Positions 46,001-54,489 of a stretch of 64,000 bases of DNA are shown in pieces. This stretch comes from a virus. The notes under the pieces were generated by a model, which did no database searches, had not been told where the DNA came from, and was given only the letters and a program-made list of their open reading frames with translations. Location of the stretch: the IMG/VR virus record IMGVR_UViG_3300021138_000017, positions 12,595 through 76,594 of that record, one strand, 5' to 3'. Positions within the stretch are counted from its first letter, which is position 1; each line of letters begins with the position of its first letter. A program made the translations under genes and the position numbers.

Positions 46001-48756
46001 TGTAAAGGTGGCACATTCAAACTTGTTTCCACAACAACATCTAGTTGAAGAGGCAAAGTATTATATGTAAATTGGAATTGTTGCCTTGGTAGACTTGGTA
46101 TTGCGGCTGTTTGCCAACCAATTTCTAAAACAAAATCAGTTCTGTTAGCGTATTGTCTTACAAATCCACTGCTTACATCAACAGTTATACCAACACCCGA
46201 TGGTGTATATATAAAAGTGTCAGTATACAAATTGTTATCAAATAATATATCACCTATATTGTCAAGACTAAAAAATGATAAGGGAATACCTAATACAGCG
46301 TCAACTGGGTTATCAGGATTTTCTGCGTAACTTAATAATTTACAGCCTACAAAATTAGAGCTGGGATATTGACTAGTGTCACCAAAACTATAACCACTAC
46401 TATTAAACACGTCAAACAATGGAGGTTGATTAACTTGGGTTTTTTGTTGTGTTTCGTACCAGTTTGTGCTGTCATAATAAAAACTAACACCGGTTAATGT
46501 ATTGCCATTTAAACATACAGTTGTTTGATTTGCTAATACTGGGCTATAAGATACAGGAACTAAATTTATAACAGGTGTTGTTGATATTTCAGGAGCCGGA
46601 ATAACAAAGTTTACTTGATAAATTTGATTTCTAACATTAGGATTACTGTCAACAGCAAATATTATTAAACTACCTTGTGCTAATTGATATCCATCGGTTC
46701 CATAACCAGTTTGTCCATTTACATTAAGTAAAGCATCTGTTTGCGTTAAATCTATGATATTTACCGAAGGCACACCTTGCGTACCAAAATTATAAAGTTT
46801 CAACCCAGAACGGAATTCTAAAATAGGTCTATTAGCTCTGGCTACATCTATAAAAACCGGTTGTGATTTATTATATGCCGCCGATGCCGCAATAACATCT
46901 TTATGAAACCATCTATTGCTACGAGTCCATGGATTTAGATCCGGACTAGCCATACTGATTGTCATATAATCAGGCACTAATGGCTGATGAATGTTGGCAT
47001 CATAGGCTGTGTAACCGTATGGGAACTTATCATAAGGAATAGATACTTGTCCTAAATAAGTTTCAGGAGTAATAAAATCACTTACAGGTATAAGTGTAAT
47101 ACTACTTCCTACCCCGTAGACGTAGTAACTTTTTCCCTGATAAGATGAAGGAAATACTGTTCCTTGAAATGTAACATTGAGGCCATTTGTAAATACTACC
47201 CCGTTTGGACTTGTGTAATTTTTATGACCTAAAATTTCTTCTTCTATATTAATGGAAGCAGTAGTATCTTCTTGAATCAAATTTATAACACCAAAAAATG
47301 TTGGGTCAACACTGTCTTGATAGTATACAAAAGGCAACGCAGAAGTCAATAAAGGTATTTGTTCAAAAAGCCCACTAGAATTTCTATACCATTGAGTATT
47401 GGCATACTCTAAACCAAAATTAATTGTAAACTGTTCAGTTGATTCTGCTACAGCTTGAACAAAATTTAATTTTATTGTGTTTACTACATATTGAATTTGC
47501 CAAATTCCTGTTTGAACAGTAGTATCATTATTAGTGAATATTATAGTACGACCGTTGAGATTTGTTATACCATCAATACCGTTTGGATATGCTGTCAAGA
47601 AAACCGATATAGGTACATTATTAATTTGATTGAAAGATAAAGTCGATGGTGCTACTAAGTTTACTGTACCAATGCTGGTCATTGAGTAGTAAAAATTTTG
47701 AGCATCAGCGGCAGGAACATCAAAAGTAACAGTTCCTAAATCAGTACCATTATTACTAACTCCTAAAACTGTGCGAGATGATATATTAGGCGAATAACTT
47801 AAAACTCCGTCGATACCTGGTTCCGTTTGTATCCAAAATTCGGGTCCTGTTCCAGTAGTAGCATCTACAATATTTAATTGACCTCGGAAATTAAATTCCA
47901 CATCATTACAATAATATAAAGTATCAGGAGCATCTTGTGGTACTGTAAATGTAACAGTACCTCTTGTAGCCCCGGAATTTGTAACTCCTTCTAACCATAA
48001 ATTTGTAGTACCAAAACTTAGTTCTGTTTTTATATAAAATGCCAGGGATAAATTTTGAACTAGGTTCCAAGTATATGTATTACCGCGAACTAAGGTTAAT
48101 GTAGGGTTCAATTCTTGCTCTATTGACCAGCCGCTTGTTCCACTGTTTGTCACACGATAGTTAACGGCTTCTGGAGTATTTTGAGCTACAACAAATTGAT
48201 AAGCTCCTGTGCGAGCTAATGATAATGTAGGATTAACTCCATTATATCCACTGAATGTATATCCTGAACTGGTTCTAGAAACTGTAAATGTTTGTGTAGT
48301 TGGTATAGTTGTTGCGGCAACTGTTACTGTTTGTGGTCCTTGAGGAACCCAATAATACTGAGAATAATTATTGATTTTATCAAAATCTACAAAAGGATCC
48401 CAACTATAATATTCACTTTCAAATAGTCTGTCTGCTTGATTAGTTATACCACCCTGTGTGTTAATAGCATCAAGTATGCCAGGGTATGTTATAGCATCAG
48501 TAATTTTTGCTGTTACTGGGTCTACAGATATAACACCTGGTTCAAGTTGATAATTTCTACGACTTGCTGTAGGTTCTATAACATAATAATCGTTTGGATT
48601 TACACCTGGACCAACTTTTTGGCCTATATAACCTTGTGTTTGTTTATATTGCGGTTCTTGAGTTAGTTGGTCTATAGTCGCATTTAAAAACTGTTTATTA
48701 ACAGGCGTTTGAAATATTTCAGGTAATAGATTAACGGTACGAACTGAATTAACCAT
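34027..48756 (-). CDS. 4909-aa giant baseplate/virion structural protein
   Basis: Follows the gp6-like gene; FG-GAP-like 'FG.S…VGAP' repeats, GDG.T..F repeats, CBM-like W…Y..G..V.Y…Y.A modules. Confidence 0.8.
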   Translation of the reverse strand: MVNSVRTVNLLPEIFQTPVNKQFLNATIDQLTQEPQYKQTQGYIGQKVGPGVNPNDYYVIEPTASRRNYQLEPGVISVDPVTAKITDAITYPGILDAINTQGGITNQADRLFESEYYSWDPFVDFDKINNYSQYYWVPQGPQTVTVAATTIPTTQTFTVSRTSSGYTFSGYNGVNPTLSLARTGAYQFVVAQNTPEAVNYRVTNSGTSGWSIEQELNPTLTLVRGNTYTWNLVQNLSLAFYIKTELSFGTTNLWLEGVTNSGATRGTVTFTVPQDAPDTLYYCNDVEFNFRGQLNIVDATTGTGPEFWIQTEPGIDGVLSYSPNISSRTVLGVSNNGTDLGTVTFDVPAADAQNFYYSMTSIGTVNLVAPSTLSFNQINNVPISVFLTAYPNGIDGITNLNGRTIIFTNNDTTVQTGIWQIQYVVNTIKLNFVQAVAESTEQFTINFGLEYANTQWYRNSSGLFEQIPLLTSALPFVYYQDSVDPTFFGVINLIQEDTTASINIEEEILGHKNYTSPNGVVFTNGLNVTFQGTVFPSSYQGKSYYVYGVGSSITLIPVSDFITPETYLGQVSIPYDKFPYGYTAYDANIHQPLVPDYMTISMASPDLNPWTRSNRWFHKDVIAASAAYNKSQPVFIDVARANRPILEFRSGLKLYNFGTQGVPSVNIIDLTQTDALLNVNGQTGYGTDGYQLAQGSLIIFAVDSNPNVRNQIYQVNFVIPAPEISTTPVINLVPVSYSPVLANQTTVCLNGNTLTGVSFYYDSTNWYETQQKTQVNQPPLFDVFNSSGYSFGDTSQYPSSNFVGCKLLSYAENPDNPVDAVLGIPLSFFSLDNIGDILFDNNLYTDTFIYTPSGVGITVDVSSGFVRQYANRTDFVLEIGWQTAAIPSLPRQQFQFTYNTLPLQLDVVVETSLNVPPLQIFINNVYQLPSTYTYITDTAVNTTTITLNGTGYVVGDVIEVLAYSQQVSNQGFYQIPINLENNPFNGNSKQFTLGTIRQQYSTICENLVDFTGVINGPNNSRDLGNIVPYGQQILQQSSPLTLAGYFLRSLNYNVFAAIEFNSREYVKYKNKLLNAVTQLDIGVGQSVSSILDTAITYITKNNNSNSPFYWSDMLPVGSNYTSNSTTVNPITRQTFNTIQTYNFTSGNYLGLLVYVNGVLLLRGSQYTVSTDAPKLTILIPLNVGDVVTINEYPTTVASWCPNTPSKMGLYPKYTPSLYLDYTYSEPTLVIQGHDGSKTIAFGDIRDEVLIEFEKRIYDNIKVDDNPIPLSTDSVDPTFYPEQTTALLPGFFRTTPYTYAEINQIMSESFLSWVGQNRVNYTEQDYIASNPFTWNYSQSANRINQQQLLQGNWRGLYLYFYDTETPNTTPWEMLGFSEEPAWWTLRYGPAPYTSGNTVLWDDLEAGLVANPAGPYILPEYARPGLTKIIPSGTEGELLPPNESIVGLTDPLSYQKSWIAGDGGPAQASWWNSSSYPFAIMRMLALTKPAQFFSLFADRDLYRYDTTLGQYLYNKRYRLNASGVEIYGNGTSKASYINWIVDYNQQTGVNSTTDLTNALSNLDVRLCYRMASFSDPMYIQIFTERAGPESTNNNLEITPSSYNVLFYKNQPFNSITYSSVIVEIAQLGSGGIGYTVYGYSNIQPYFNVQISNPVGLYKTITAGDQTVQVPSQYTQNVKQIPYGYTFTNTAGVCDFLLGYGTYLESQGLTFANIENGYTLNWFQMATEFLNFATQNWTVGTIINLNPCATSITSTQPISIVDTIASVTPENMLLDQNFKVLDVRTMIVNRDNNTFTLTTTNNQTINYLTLQYTNYEDMIVLNNTSQFNDLIYDPITAARQIRLKLTAATTTQWDGQLNAQGFILNLNNIEQWNSYTKYTKGVIVLYKNTYWQALVISEPQKTFNYSEWVKSDYQAIDNGLLPNLANKANQLANAYNVYEANLTSDNNLFAFGLIGFRPRQYMTNMNLNGVSQVQLYQQFIGTKGTLQAAEIFNAANLGKESGQYKIYENWAILSGTYGAQANRSFFEIQLNQALLNYNPSTIQVINPGEASQANQTLYLNNLWKESYAITSTNILPTTYENSSLPSALPSAGYVCLDDIDITVFDIANPTSIDTNLSTIGIGTYIWIAKVNSYDWGVYRVNDIFGQMTRLSDNLNGTSTAQFNQPHGLAVSDLIIIKYFNSGVDGVYRILGVPSPTTFTISFTFTNTNVTFVTGTGLIFHLQNARVSQASDISTLPYVNSLVPGSKAWVDNDGNGHWETLEKQSPFVTNSTISQDLRSSAQYATSVAQAYNNVGLLVGAPNLNTNQGGVYCYFHNSTTDYEYSNLLKLTATATQTFGNFVSFGSAIWAVVGAKNSNSGAGYAAVVYRNPNTAQYSITQLLVAPDLDFSSINFGTAGTISADERWMYISAPAKNIVYAYERIDVETQSVTYTSDGFTSTFNYSNSLQINGSTHPGQLTVTFNDSYTAILNIDYTVSATSVIFTNPPSANQIIKITRNQQAQLDDYNYYDIQQSSTSGFGVGAIFTVNVVRGLYSITIINGGLGYEIGDTIVINGNLVGGATPANNITLTVTNTVNSILTGFTISGTGNYSNTSFALNSLLYNATNYYNFSVTVNGQLQRPYLDYTFNSATTVLTFASGSVPALGAKIIVITDTYWQYVTYISSNQSLNGDNFGISVSTTTDGRQIMVGAPNASVNDLTEAGVVYIFDRSVIRYIVSNTSQMTYTVPGNVTYPLAVSVNNIFLLTTAQSYSGQYSVNGNTVTFTNIEFTVGDIIEIETNQIQQIQQLTSSTANEVAMYGSVTAACPLNCSVYVGAPFDSTYVVQAGSVDHQVNQSRVYGTTTSTFANPILIPGGTLRINNSIVTVPASPNNTVTGFAAAINASNVPNIFASATPDLQFSCDGSTSVFYIGNLYETANNYTTVVYVNAIIQGSADYSYDPSTKSIYFVTPPAAGNTVTVVSGRLTIGVLNSAAATAGNLLTVLPGVVNSVFDLLEFETFIFTQQILSPLPVVYGQFGASLSIDSSAVNLIVGSPNGNVYEPTTFDSGKTYFDEHSTTFFNPIINGGVAYTYDYFPSSNNSPSNPGQFAFGQQIYNSNVQTGDAFGTSSSYVTGKLVVGATGGPITNTANYGYIVVFDNPTNSPAWKAIRTQQPVVDVYSINSVFAYNGNQEIGVNSTINGATQTYFDFFDPLQGKILGLARQNINYIGAVDPAQYNTGSVHNNGNYWGPEHLGEMWWDTNTVRFIDPNQDDIVYASRRWGQTFPGSSVDVYQWIESTSPPVSYTGQGTVLSTISYSISSQLGKNNIFTTLYYYWVKGITTIQQGAGKTLSANGVASYIYDPRSSGLPYIAGLNSSTIAIYNAKNILSSNNTILSIGFDQQLNDAIIHQEYQIIKDGISDSFLNTQLYRKFQDSLCGVDRIGNLVPDPLLSPGMKYGVEFRPRQSMFADRFLALKNYLTRANTILAQYPISETRSFTLLDSSEPLPPQIITITAGSFVIGKTYTISTLGNTNFTTIGAANNTIGLSFVATGVGSGTGTANTLFWNFEVPNLEVLGYQNLSLVPVGYRYLVDNDSTQSGRWTIYEVESDLQLSLVQIQHYNTPEYWYYINWYLPGYNYTQAPVAAVQNYGQLGSLSYSTAPVGSSVRVINNGAGKYEIWLRTGVDPVNDWQRVGLEDGTIQFAEDLWNYTVGNFGFDSQVFDSQYFDETPQTETRYIIQALNEQIYINDLLYERNSSLILMFNYVYSEFTDPSWLIKTSYVDVDHTIRNLLPYQTYLPDNQEFVIDYFQEVKPYHVQVKQFNLIYDGKDTFGGDLTDFDLPAIWNSTLQVPQFVSPVINYNMSGLPYTIAQTTHYSTVSDAAPNAQLWLEPSTYSQWYNNFLLSIDGVIIENGGSGYTTQPTVTFSSPMSGGILATGYALINSNGQVTQVVMTNVGSGYINTATITFSGGNGTGAIAYPIMNNSLVRSFRVIVKYDRYEYNTSIVEWMPGGTYTEGTQVRYKNIVYQANINITNTTFVTTATLTTGSNRIFVTDASGIIVGQIVDGPGIANNTTVLNISGNTITLSALVLNTSPSLQYTLYFYQQFIPSDWTLVKAKTLSGVNRTMGYYVSTPSTPGLSLPLLIDGIDYPGVQVSGLSFNQDTGFDRGNFDFNPWDNLSIDANGQPTYDLGILDTIFASSYLDPYLGTRPSDININGGAYVDTYESHAPEELVPGIEFDTMDFRVYTTPGADWAGVGHGFPLATYNSIYRSSNPTIRFGGLEPYPVLIEVVDYTQGYNLLVGVDYTVNWTIQTVIINTSSSRVVQGDQIGVNVYELGGGNQLYKQTYTGSAIVNPIIVPVQYALIQEFAIFVNGAYLNNTEYTYTSGTTYGTTAITFNNAYTSTDFISLVAIGPTTINNTTVHYSWSVPIVQTISSTNGVYTYNLDPTISLQYTNPVNAVVTLAGNQLVVAGGISYIGDGVTTTFEVAQRLGFDQSTIVDSDVLVYFNDIPQVSGYTVNPQTLGTTVTFASAPLLGTRIYIAVTTGSQAVIDPLNHQITFRNVTISAGETITITTWHDTREQRLETQVFVGPITEGVTISEGFDDTEFDQGNITGEPGSYSYSIGTTITSNNLDLGRLITNVDRLRVSLNGQILMPIVDYTVSGTMLILPNTLQSTDVVIITSVTDSIVPEAMEFRIFQDMRGVQATYRMTPQTTTSLTASVSATADIIYVNNASALTIPNFSANIWGVVTINGERIMYREIDTNANTISSLLRGTAGTAAASHSNGSIVYDMGRGNLLPKEFQDYVVSNNFVGDGTTTTYIATNINIETIIQGFDTVLFDEGPINLEPFTYDYSYVDPLESVEVYVGGIKQIGNYTITTLTPVTVVFTTAPANGSEVTILVKRGVTWYNQGFYSASDGVPLQETNTPPARFLRGLT

Positions 48757-51700
48757 TAGTAAACTCCATTATTAGAAGATTGTTGTAAGTTAGTACTGGT
48801 TAATGTATTAATTACTTCAATATCATTTACCGTTGCGCCGTTAACAAATATTTGATTAGGAGCACATTGAACTTCGTACAAATCTCCAAATGTCTGTTGA
48901 CTATTAAGTGGTACTAATACTACAGATGCTATGTAAGTTCCAATCTGTGCGTGTATATAAGCAGCCAATTCACTAAAATAAAAAGTTTGACCAAATGTCC
49001 AATTAGCAATATCAAAATAAGCATTCATTGTAGAAAGTGTTAAATTTCTTAATTGGTTATTACTAGCATTAGTATTTGCCGCAGGAATAATTTTAATTAT
49101 AGCGCGAAGTGCTTGGTCTGCTTTGTTACCAAATAAAGGAACAAATTGAACACTATTAAGAATCATATTGTCACTGATCATTTTATAATTTTGTAATCCC
49201 GCATACTGTGTTGTTAACTCTTCAATGGTTGGCGGTAATGGGTTTGTTACTGTATTTGTAGTATCTTGTATCCAAGCAGTATAAGCTGTATAATATTCCA
49301 ATGTTACAATATACAAATCAATAATATTTGTACTACCTGGATCAATTAAATTAGTAAGAGCGCTATTGTGCCTGTATTGGAAATATAAATTTTGTCTACC
49401 AACCTGTGCTATCCAACCTGTAACAGCAGTTAACACTCTGGAATCCTGTAAAGTCAAAGTCAATTGATAAAAAATATTTTCTTGATAAGCATAGAATATT
49501 TGTCCGGTTACATATTGCTGTTTTACCGCTTCAATAGAATTTAGTGTTGGGTATATTCCAACAACAACACCTTCTGGTTGAAGCAAATATCTTTGTAAAT
49601 TGTCAAAATCAGTAGTAAGTTGGAAATATACATAAGGTTGTGGTGTCACAGTACTATTGGGAGATACTCCTACTATTTCTTGGAAAAAATCTGGATCAGT
49701 TGGGATACCATTATTATTATAATCTTGATATCCAACTAATACTTGATAGTCATCTACTAATCCATCACTTAATACTGGTTGTCCAATAATTTTTAGTTTA
49801 ATATCTGACAGCAACGGAGAATTGTTATAAGGTTGACTGTTTGTTTTTAATACTTTTATGTAGTCATTGATAACTGTACCACTACGGCTATCATATATTG
49901 CTTGATTAGTTTCAAAGAAAAAACGAACTTCTATAACACTACCAAAATAATAGTCAAGACTGCGAGATGATATTGTATACTGACTTCCATCATACGTGGC
50001 TTGTATCAACCAACTGGCATCAAGATTAGCACCTGATGTATTACCTGCGTATGTTTGACTCCAAGTAGAATTAATGCTTAAATTAGAAGCGGTAATTACA
50101 TACCAAGTATAAGGAGTTCCAGTAATATTACCAGTTGGATCATATCCCAAACCAAAGTTAGCATTTAATACTATTTGATTTAGAATAGTTTGCTGGATAG
50201 TTGTACTAAAAGTGTTTACAAACAAAGGAATAACTTCAACAGCTATCGCTTCTGTAGGAACGTAAGTGTTTAATACTATAGGACCAACTCCACTAGTTAA
50301 ATTTCCTAATCCTTGATTTGTACCATCTCCAACAATAGCTGTTGGACTAGCCCAAATAATTAAATGGTCTTCATCTTTAATAGGAACACCTAGTTGTAAT
50401 TCATTGTTAACATCAAAATAATATCCAGTAGGAGGAACAAATTTTATTAAACAATTTTCTACAATAAATCTAGCATTATTACTGGCAGCTATTCCTACTG
50501 GAACAGGTTGCCCATTACTATTCATAAAATAACCTGTTGTTTCATTTACAATAGTGGTACTTTCTTGCCAAATATAATTGATAGCGGCTAAATTTACTCT
50601 GGGGAAATAAGAGTAATAAAATTGTTTTAGTGTTTCTGTAACTAAAATAGGTTGTATTTGATTAATAATAAGATTATTAATTTCGTTTGTAGTTTGCCAA
50701 GTGAATGTAAAGGCTGGCAAAGTATTTGTATACCACAAAGCTCCGTCACTTCCAAACACATTAGTAGATGAGTACTTTCCAGTTGGATCTACTAAGTCCA
50801 AATAACGACTTGTGCCAATTGAACTGCGATTTAATGCTGAACTTTTAATAATAGAGTTATAAGTTGTAAACGGAAAATTAGTGTAGTCTTCGCCATTAAC
50901 CATGCGATTTTGTGTATAGTATCTAGCAGGAGCACGTTCTTTAATTTGTTGTATAGTTTCACGAGGAGCTGCATTAGTTACAGGATTTGTAAGTCCACAA
51001 GTAAAAGTAATAGTTTCTATTCCACCAGTGCGACTAACATAAGAAATAGGAATTTGTATAGACTGCATTTCTTCGGGATTAATTATATACTGTAATCCGT
51101 TAGAAGCACGAACATAAGTTCTAAATTGACCTACAGGAATAGCTGAAAATACGTTATCGCCAAATACTAAAGTAATTTGATCATTTGTTCGACTAGTTAC
51201 AGAAAATACAGTGCGTAAATTTGGTGTCATTTGTTCAACGGCTGCGGCATAAACTGAGGGAACCATAGACCATTCTTGAGTTATAGTGCCAACATTATCC
51301 AACTGATATAACCAAATATCTGTATTATTAATTCCTTCTATGTTGATATTAACTGTACGATTAGCTACTTGATCTACTAAATTAAAATCCTGATTTTGTA
51401 ATGTACCTTGTTTAAAGTAAAAGAAAAATCCGGTATTTGAACTCTGATATCCTAATTGATCATTTCTAAACAGTATGTTAAATATTCCATTAGGCAAAGG
51501 TGGCGGTTCATAAATGTAAGTTTCGCCCAAAGAAGTTGCGTTTACAACTTCAAATGGCATGTTGATGCTGTTAATAGTAGCATTATAAGGTATAACTGGC
51601 AAGTATCCCGGAACTAAATTGATTGAATACTCTTGTGTATCTACTCCCAATATTACTTGGTCGTTTCCAGGTGTGCCTACTTTTTGTGTATTAATTAAAG

Positions 51701-52187
51701 ACGCATTAATAATTGAAGTAAACTGTTCTAACCAATCAAAATTACTAGGATCTGCCCAATTTACTGTAACATTGGCTAAATTAACTCCGTTGTAATCAGT
51801 AACGTTTTCAGTTGTAGTTACTGAAAAAACTTTTAAGTAGCCCGAAGATTCAGTATTACGTTGAGGTGTATAAGAAACTAAATTTGCTAATTTAATTACA
51901 GAATCACGACGTTCTGCTGTGTCAAGATAATTTTCACGTGTGTTTAAATCTGTACGAAAAGCTAATGCTTGACCCATAAAAGCAATAACATCAAGCAGTG
52001 CTATAAATTCTGATGATTCAATATAATCATTAAATGTTTCTGGGTAATATTGACGCAAATAATCTATAAAACTTTTACGTAATGTTTCAAAATCATAGCT
52101 TTGAAAATCACCTTCGCTATAAGTTTGATAGATTCTTTTCCAATCTTCAACCCCGAATAATACAGTTTGTCTTGTAGTGGTAGCCAT
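48756..52187 (-). CDS. gp6: baseplate wedge subunit, T4 gp6-like
   Basis: DFETLR…FNDYIESSE..ALLD..A…ENYLDTAERR.SV..LA; FGD..F; ET…IK..AP..Y..QNR.V..EDY. Confidence 0.8.
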   Translation of the reverse strand: MATTTRQTVLFGVEDWKRIYQTYSEGDFQSYDFETLRKSFIDYLRQYYPETFNDYIESSEFIALLDVIAFMGQALAFRTDLNTRENYLDTAERRDSVIKLANLVSYTPQRNTESSGYLKVFSVTTTENVTDYNGVNLANVTVNWADPSNFDWLEQFTSIINASLINTQKVGTPGNDQVILGVDTQEYSINLVPGYLPVIPYNATINSINMPFEVVNATSLGETYIYEPPPLPNGIFNILFRNDQLGYQSSNTGFFFYFKQGTLQNQDFNLVDQVANRTVNINIEGINNTDIWLYQLDNVGTITQEWSMVPSVYAAAVEQMTPNLRTVFSVTSRTNDQITLVFGDNVFSAIPVGQFRTYVRASNGLQYIINPEEMQSIQIPISYVSRTGGIETITFTCGLTNPVTNAAPRETIQQIKERAPARYYTQNRMVNGEDYTNFPFTTYNSIIKSSALNRSSIGTSRYLDLVDPTGKYSSTNVFGSDGALWYTNTLPAFTFTWQTTNEINNLIINQIQPILVTETLKQFYYSYFPRVNLAAINYIWQESTTIVNETTGYFMNSNGQPVPVGIAASNNARFIVENCLIKFVPPTGYYFDVNNELQLGVPIKDEDHLIIWASPTAIVGDGTNQGLGNLTSGVGPIVLNTYVPTEAIAVEVIPLFVNTFSTTIQQTILNQIVLNANFGLGYDPTGNITGTPYTWYVITASNLSINSTWSQTYAGNTSGANLDASWLIQATYDGSQYTISSRSLDYYFGSVIEVRFFFETNQAIYDSRSGTVINDYIKVLKTNSQPYNNSPLLSDIKLKIIGQPVLSDGLVDDYQVLVGYQDYNNNGIPTDPDFFQEIVGVSPNSTVTPQPYVYFQLTTDFDNLQRYLLQPEGVVVGIYPTLNSIEAVKQQYVTGQIFYAYQENIFYQLTLTLQDSRVLTAVTGWIAQVGRQNLYFQYRHNSALTNLIDPGSTNIIDLYIVTLEYYTAYTAWIQDTTNTVTNPLPPTIEELTTQYAGLQNYKMISDNMILNSVQFVPLFGNKADQALRAIIKIIPAANTNASNNQLRNLTLSTMNAYFDIANWTFGQTFYFSELAAYIHAQIGTYIASVVLVPLNSQQTFGDLYEVQCAPNQIFVNGATVNDIEVINTLTSTNLQQSSNNGVY

Positions 52188-52240
52188 TCTTTTTCCAGTG
52201 TTACAGTATTTATGACTAAAATAATGTACGTAGTTTTAGA

Positions 52241-52615
52241 TTACACGTAACTGGCTGTACGTTGTGTTTGATTAAAAAATATAGATAAACGTAGTGCGTC
52301 TGTTGTGGCCACTGTTTGTAACGTTAATTCAATTAACATACCATTTTCTTGTGGGTAAGTTGTAATATTGTTGATAAAAATCCTAGGATCTCCGCCGGCA
52401 ACACGTTGTATTTCGTTATAAATGTATTGCTGTGTTTCGGAAATTTGATTTTCAAACATATAATCCCAAAGTAAAGTTCCGTATCCGGGTCTACCCACTA
52501 ATTCACCCTGTCTAATATTAAAAGCATTTAGTAAATCAATTTTAATTAAGTCAAGATCAACAGCAGTAAACTGTTTATTTTGTCCTATAGTATTAAATCC
52601 AATGAAAGTTGCCAT
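52241..52615 (-). CDS. gp25: baseplate wedge/sheath initiator, gp25-like
   Basis: IK.DLLN.F..RQGE…P.YGT.LWD..FE…DPR. Confidence 0.85.
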   Translation of the reverse strand: MATFIGFNTIGQNKQFTAVDLDLIKIDLLNAFNIRQGELVGRPGYGTLLWDYMFENQISETQQYIYNEIQRVAGGDPRIFINNITTYPQENGMLIELTLQTVATTDALRLSIFFNQTQRTASYV

Positions 52616-52629
52616 AATATGTATTTATT

Positions 52630-54489
52630 TCATCCAAATTTACCAAGGCCATTAATAATGTTATTAATTCCTTTGTTAGCTAGATTTTTTACTCCGTTAA
52701 TATCTACATTAATTGCTTGGTTAGCTAAAGATCCTAATCCTAAATTGTTACTTAATGTACCAGATACAGATGCAAGATAATCTTTAGCGGTTTGTATATT
52801 AAGAGCCGACGACAAATTTGAAAAATCAGGCAAATCATAATTTGGCGGGGTAATCAAAGGACTTCCAATTACTCTAACAGACGCTGCGTCTATAGTCAAA
52901 CGATTAACTGTATTTGTAAATGCTCCCGCTACTTGTGTTCCGCCATTGCCACCAAATACTTTTCCCAAATCACCAAATGCTGAACCAAAAGATGAACTTA
53001 TACCCAATGAATTCATAGCACTACCTATTCCTCCTGATATGGAATCTAAACTTAACCCACCAGACAAATTGTTTACAGCTCCGGTAATAGCAGAGTTTAC
53101 ATCGCCGCTAATAGTATTAATTTGTCCAGTAATGTCATTTACAGCAGATCCTATACTGGTATTAATATTGTTTAATGTACTAGATAACGCTCCATTTAAA
53201 TTTTGAGATAATTGGTCACTGGCATTTGCCCATAAATTTGTAGCCTCAGTTCCAAATTTACTTGCTACTCCAATCAATGAACTTACATCACTGGTTACTG
53301 TTTTAGATATTGCGTTTATAGTTTCTGGAATCAGTGTTGATACCGAAGAAACTTGATTTACTGTGTTTGTCAACAGAGATGATGCTCCAGAAAATGTTGA
53401 CTGTAACTGATTGGACACGTTAGCTATTGCTGTTTGAGCAAAATTAACAGCACCCGTTGATAAACTATTCAATCCTTGACTATAAACAGCTTTAGCGGCA
53501 TCTCCTAAACTGTTAATATTTGTTGGAATATCTCCTAACTGTATAGAAGCCAATGCTTTGTTAATACCATCTAAGTATACAGGATCTCCCAATGTACTGG
53601 TAGTATTTTTTAATAGTAAATTATTCGAATCAAGTGTGCTAGGAATAGCCGTAAACAAACTTAATGGGGTTACAGAAGCTAATGTTCCGTCATTAGTATA
53701 AACTTGACTTTTAGCAACACTAGGAGTTGTTACAGAAGCCACAGGCGGTATTATAGTACCAGTATCAACTAATTGATTATAACTTTGTTTCATTAAGGAG
53801 TACTGAATTTTTGTTTGTAATCCTTCGTTATTTAAAATATTATTAACATTAGTAACTCCGTTTAAACCAGTCCACGGCACAGGAGAATTCATAAATGACA
53901 CAAAATTATCAGGATTTTGATTAGTATTTTTGTTAACTGGACAATATCGTGCTGGGTATCCAGGTTTGATATAACCAGCACGTTCTAATTGAACGGCGTT
54001 AAAGCCATATTTACCAACACCATTTTCTTGAGTAATAACGTTGGCAGCTTGATTAACATCAGTAGCTATCTGAGCCATTGCTCCTTGAACTTGCGATGAT
54101 GTTAAATTTCCAATTGGCGGCATGGGAGGAATAAACACACCTTGTGTTGGATTACTAATAACTTGAATAAAATCTGCTTGGTTTATAGGATTAACAACAG
54201 GCGTATTTGATAATGTTGTAGGTATAGGAGCTACTATAGGTAAGTTTGCTATTACTGCCAATAGTGTTTTATCATCAACTCCCGCAGTACCTCTTTGTAA
54301 TCTAGTAATTCCAAATTTTTGAAAAGTTTCAACCGGATGCGTAAGTGTATCGCCAACTTTATATCCAACAAAGGTACCGGCAGCTACTTGTTCATAAAAA
54401 ATTTTATCGGCAGCAGCCTTAGTTGTACCAGCAGGAGCATTTAAAGTAAAAACATCACCGGAAGGAAGAGTATATGTAAATTTTGCCAT
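52630..54489 (-). CDS. baseplate-associated protein with degenerate lysozyme-like segment and S/G/N-rich amphipathic tail
   Basis: GKYGF…LE.AGYIKPG…WTG.NG; located between the gp5- and gp25-like genes. Confidence 0.55.
   Translation of the reverse strand: MAKFTYTLPSGDVFTLNAPAGTTKAAADKIFYEQVAAGTFVGYKVGDTLTHPVETFQKFGITRLQRGTAGVDDKTLLAVIANLPIVAPIPTTLSNTPVVNPINQADFIQVISNPTQGVFIPPMPPIGNLTSSQVQGAMAQIATDVNQAANVITQENGVGKYGFNAVQLERAGYIKPGYPARYCPVNKNTNQNPDNFVSFMNSPVPWTGLNGVTNVNNILNNEGLQTKIQYSLMKQSYNQLVDTGTIIPPVASVTTPSVAKSQVYTNDGTLASVTPLSLFTAIPSTLDSNNLLLKNTTSTLGDPVYLDGINKALASIQLGDIPTNINSLGDAAKAVYSQGLNSLSTGAVNFAQTAIANVSNQLQSTFSGASSLLTNTVNQVSSVSTLIPETINAISKTVTSDVSSLIGVASKFGTEATNLWANASDQLSQNLNGALSSTLNNINTSIGSAVNDITGQINTISGDVNSAITGAVNNLSGGLSLDSISGGIGSAMNSLGISSSFGSAFGDLGKVFGGNGGTQVAGAFTNTVNRLTIDAASVRVIGSPLITPPNYDLPDFSNLSSALNIQTAKDYLASVSGTLSNNLGLGSLANQAINVDINGVKNLANKGINNIINGLGKFG

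Noticed and set aside
52630-54489. Active tail lysozyme
   Set aside because: Only a GKYGF-type remnant is visible and no clear catalytic Glu-Ser motif, so activity cannot be supported.
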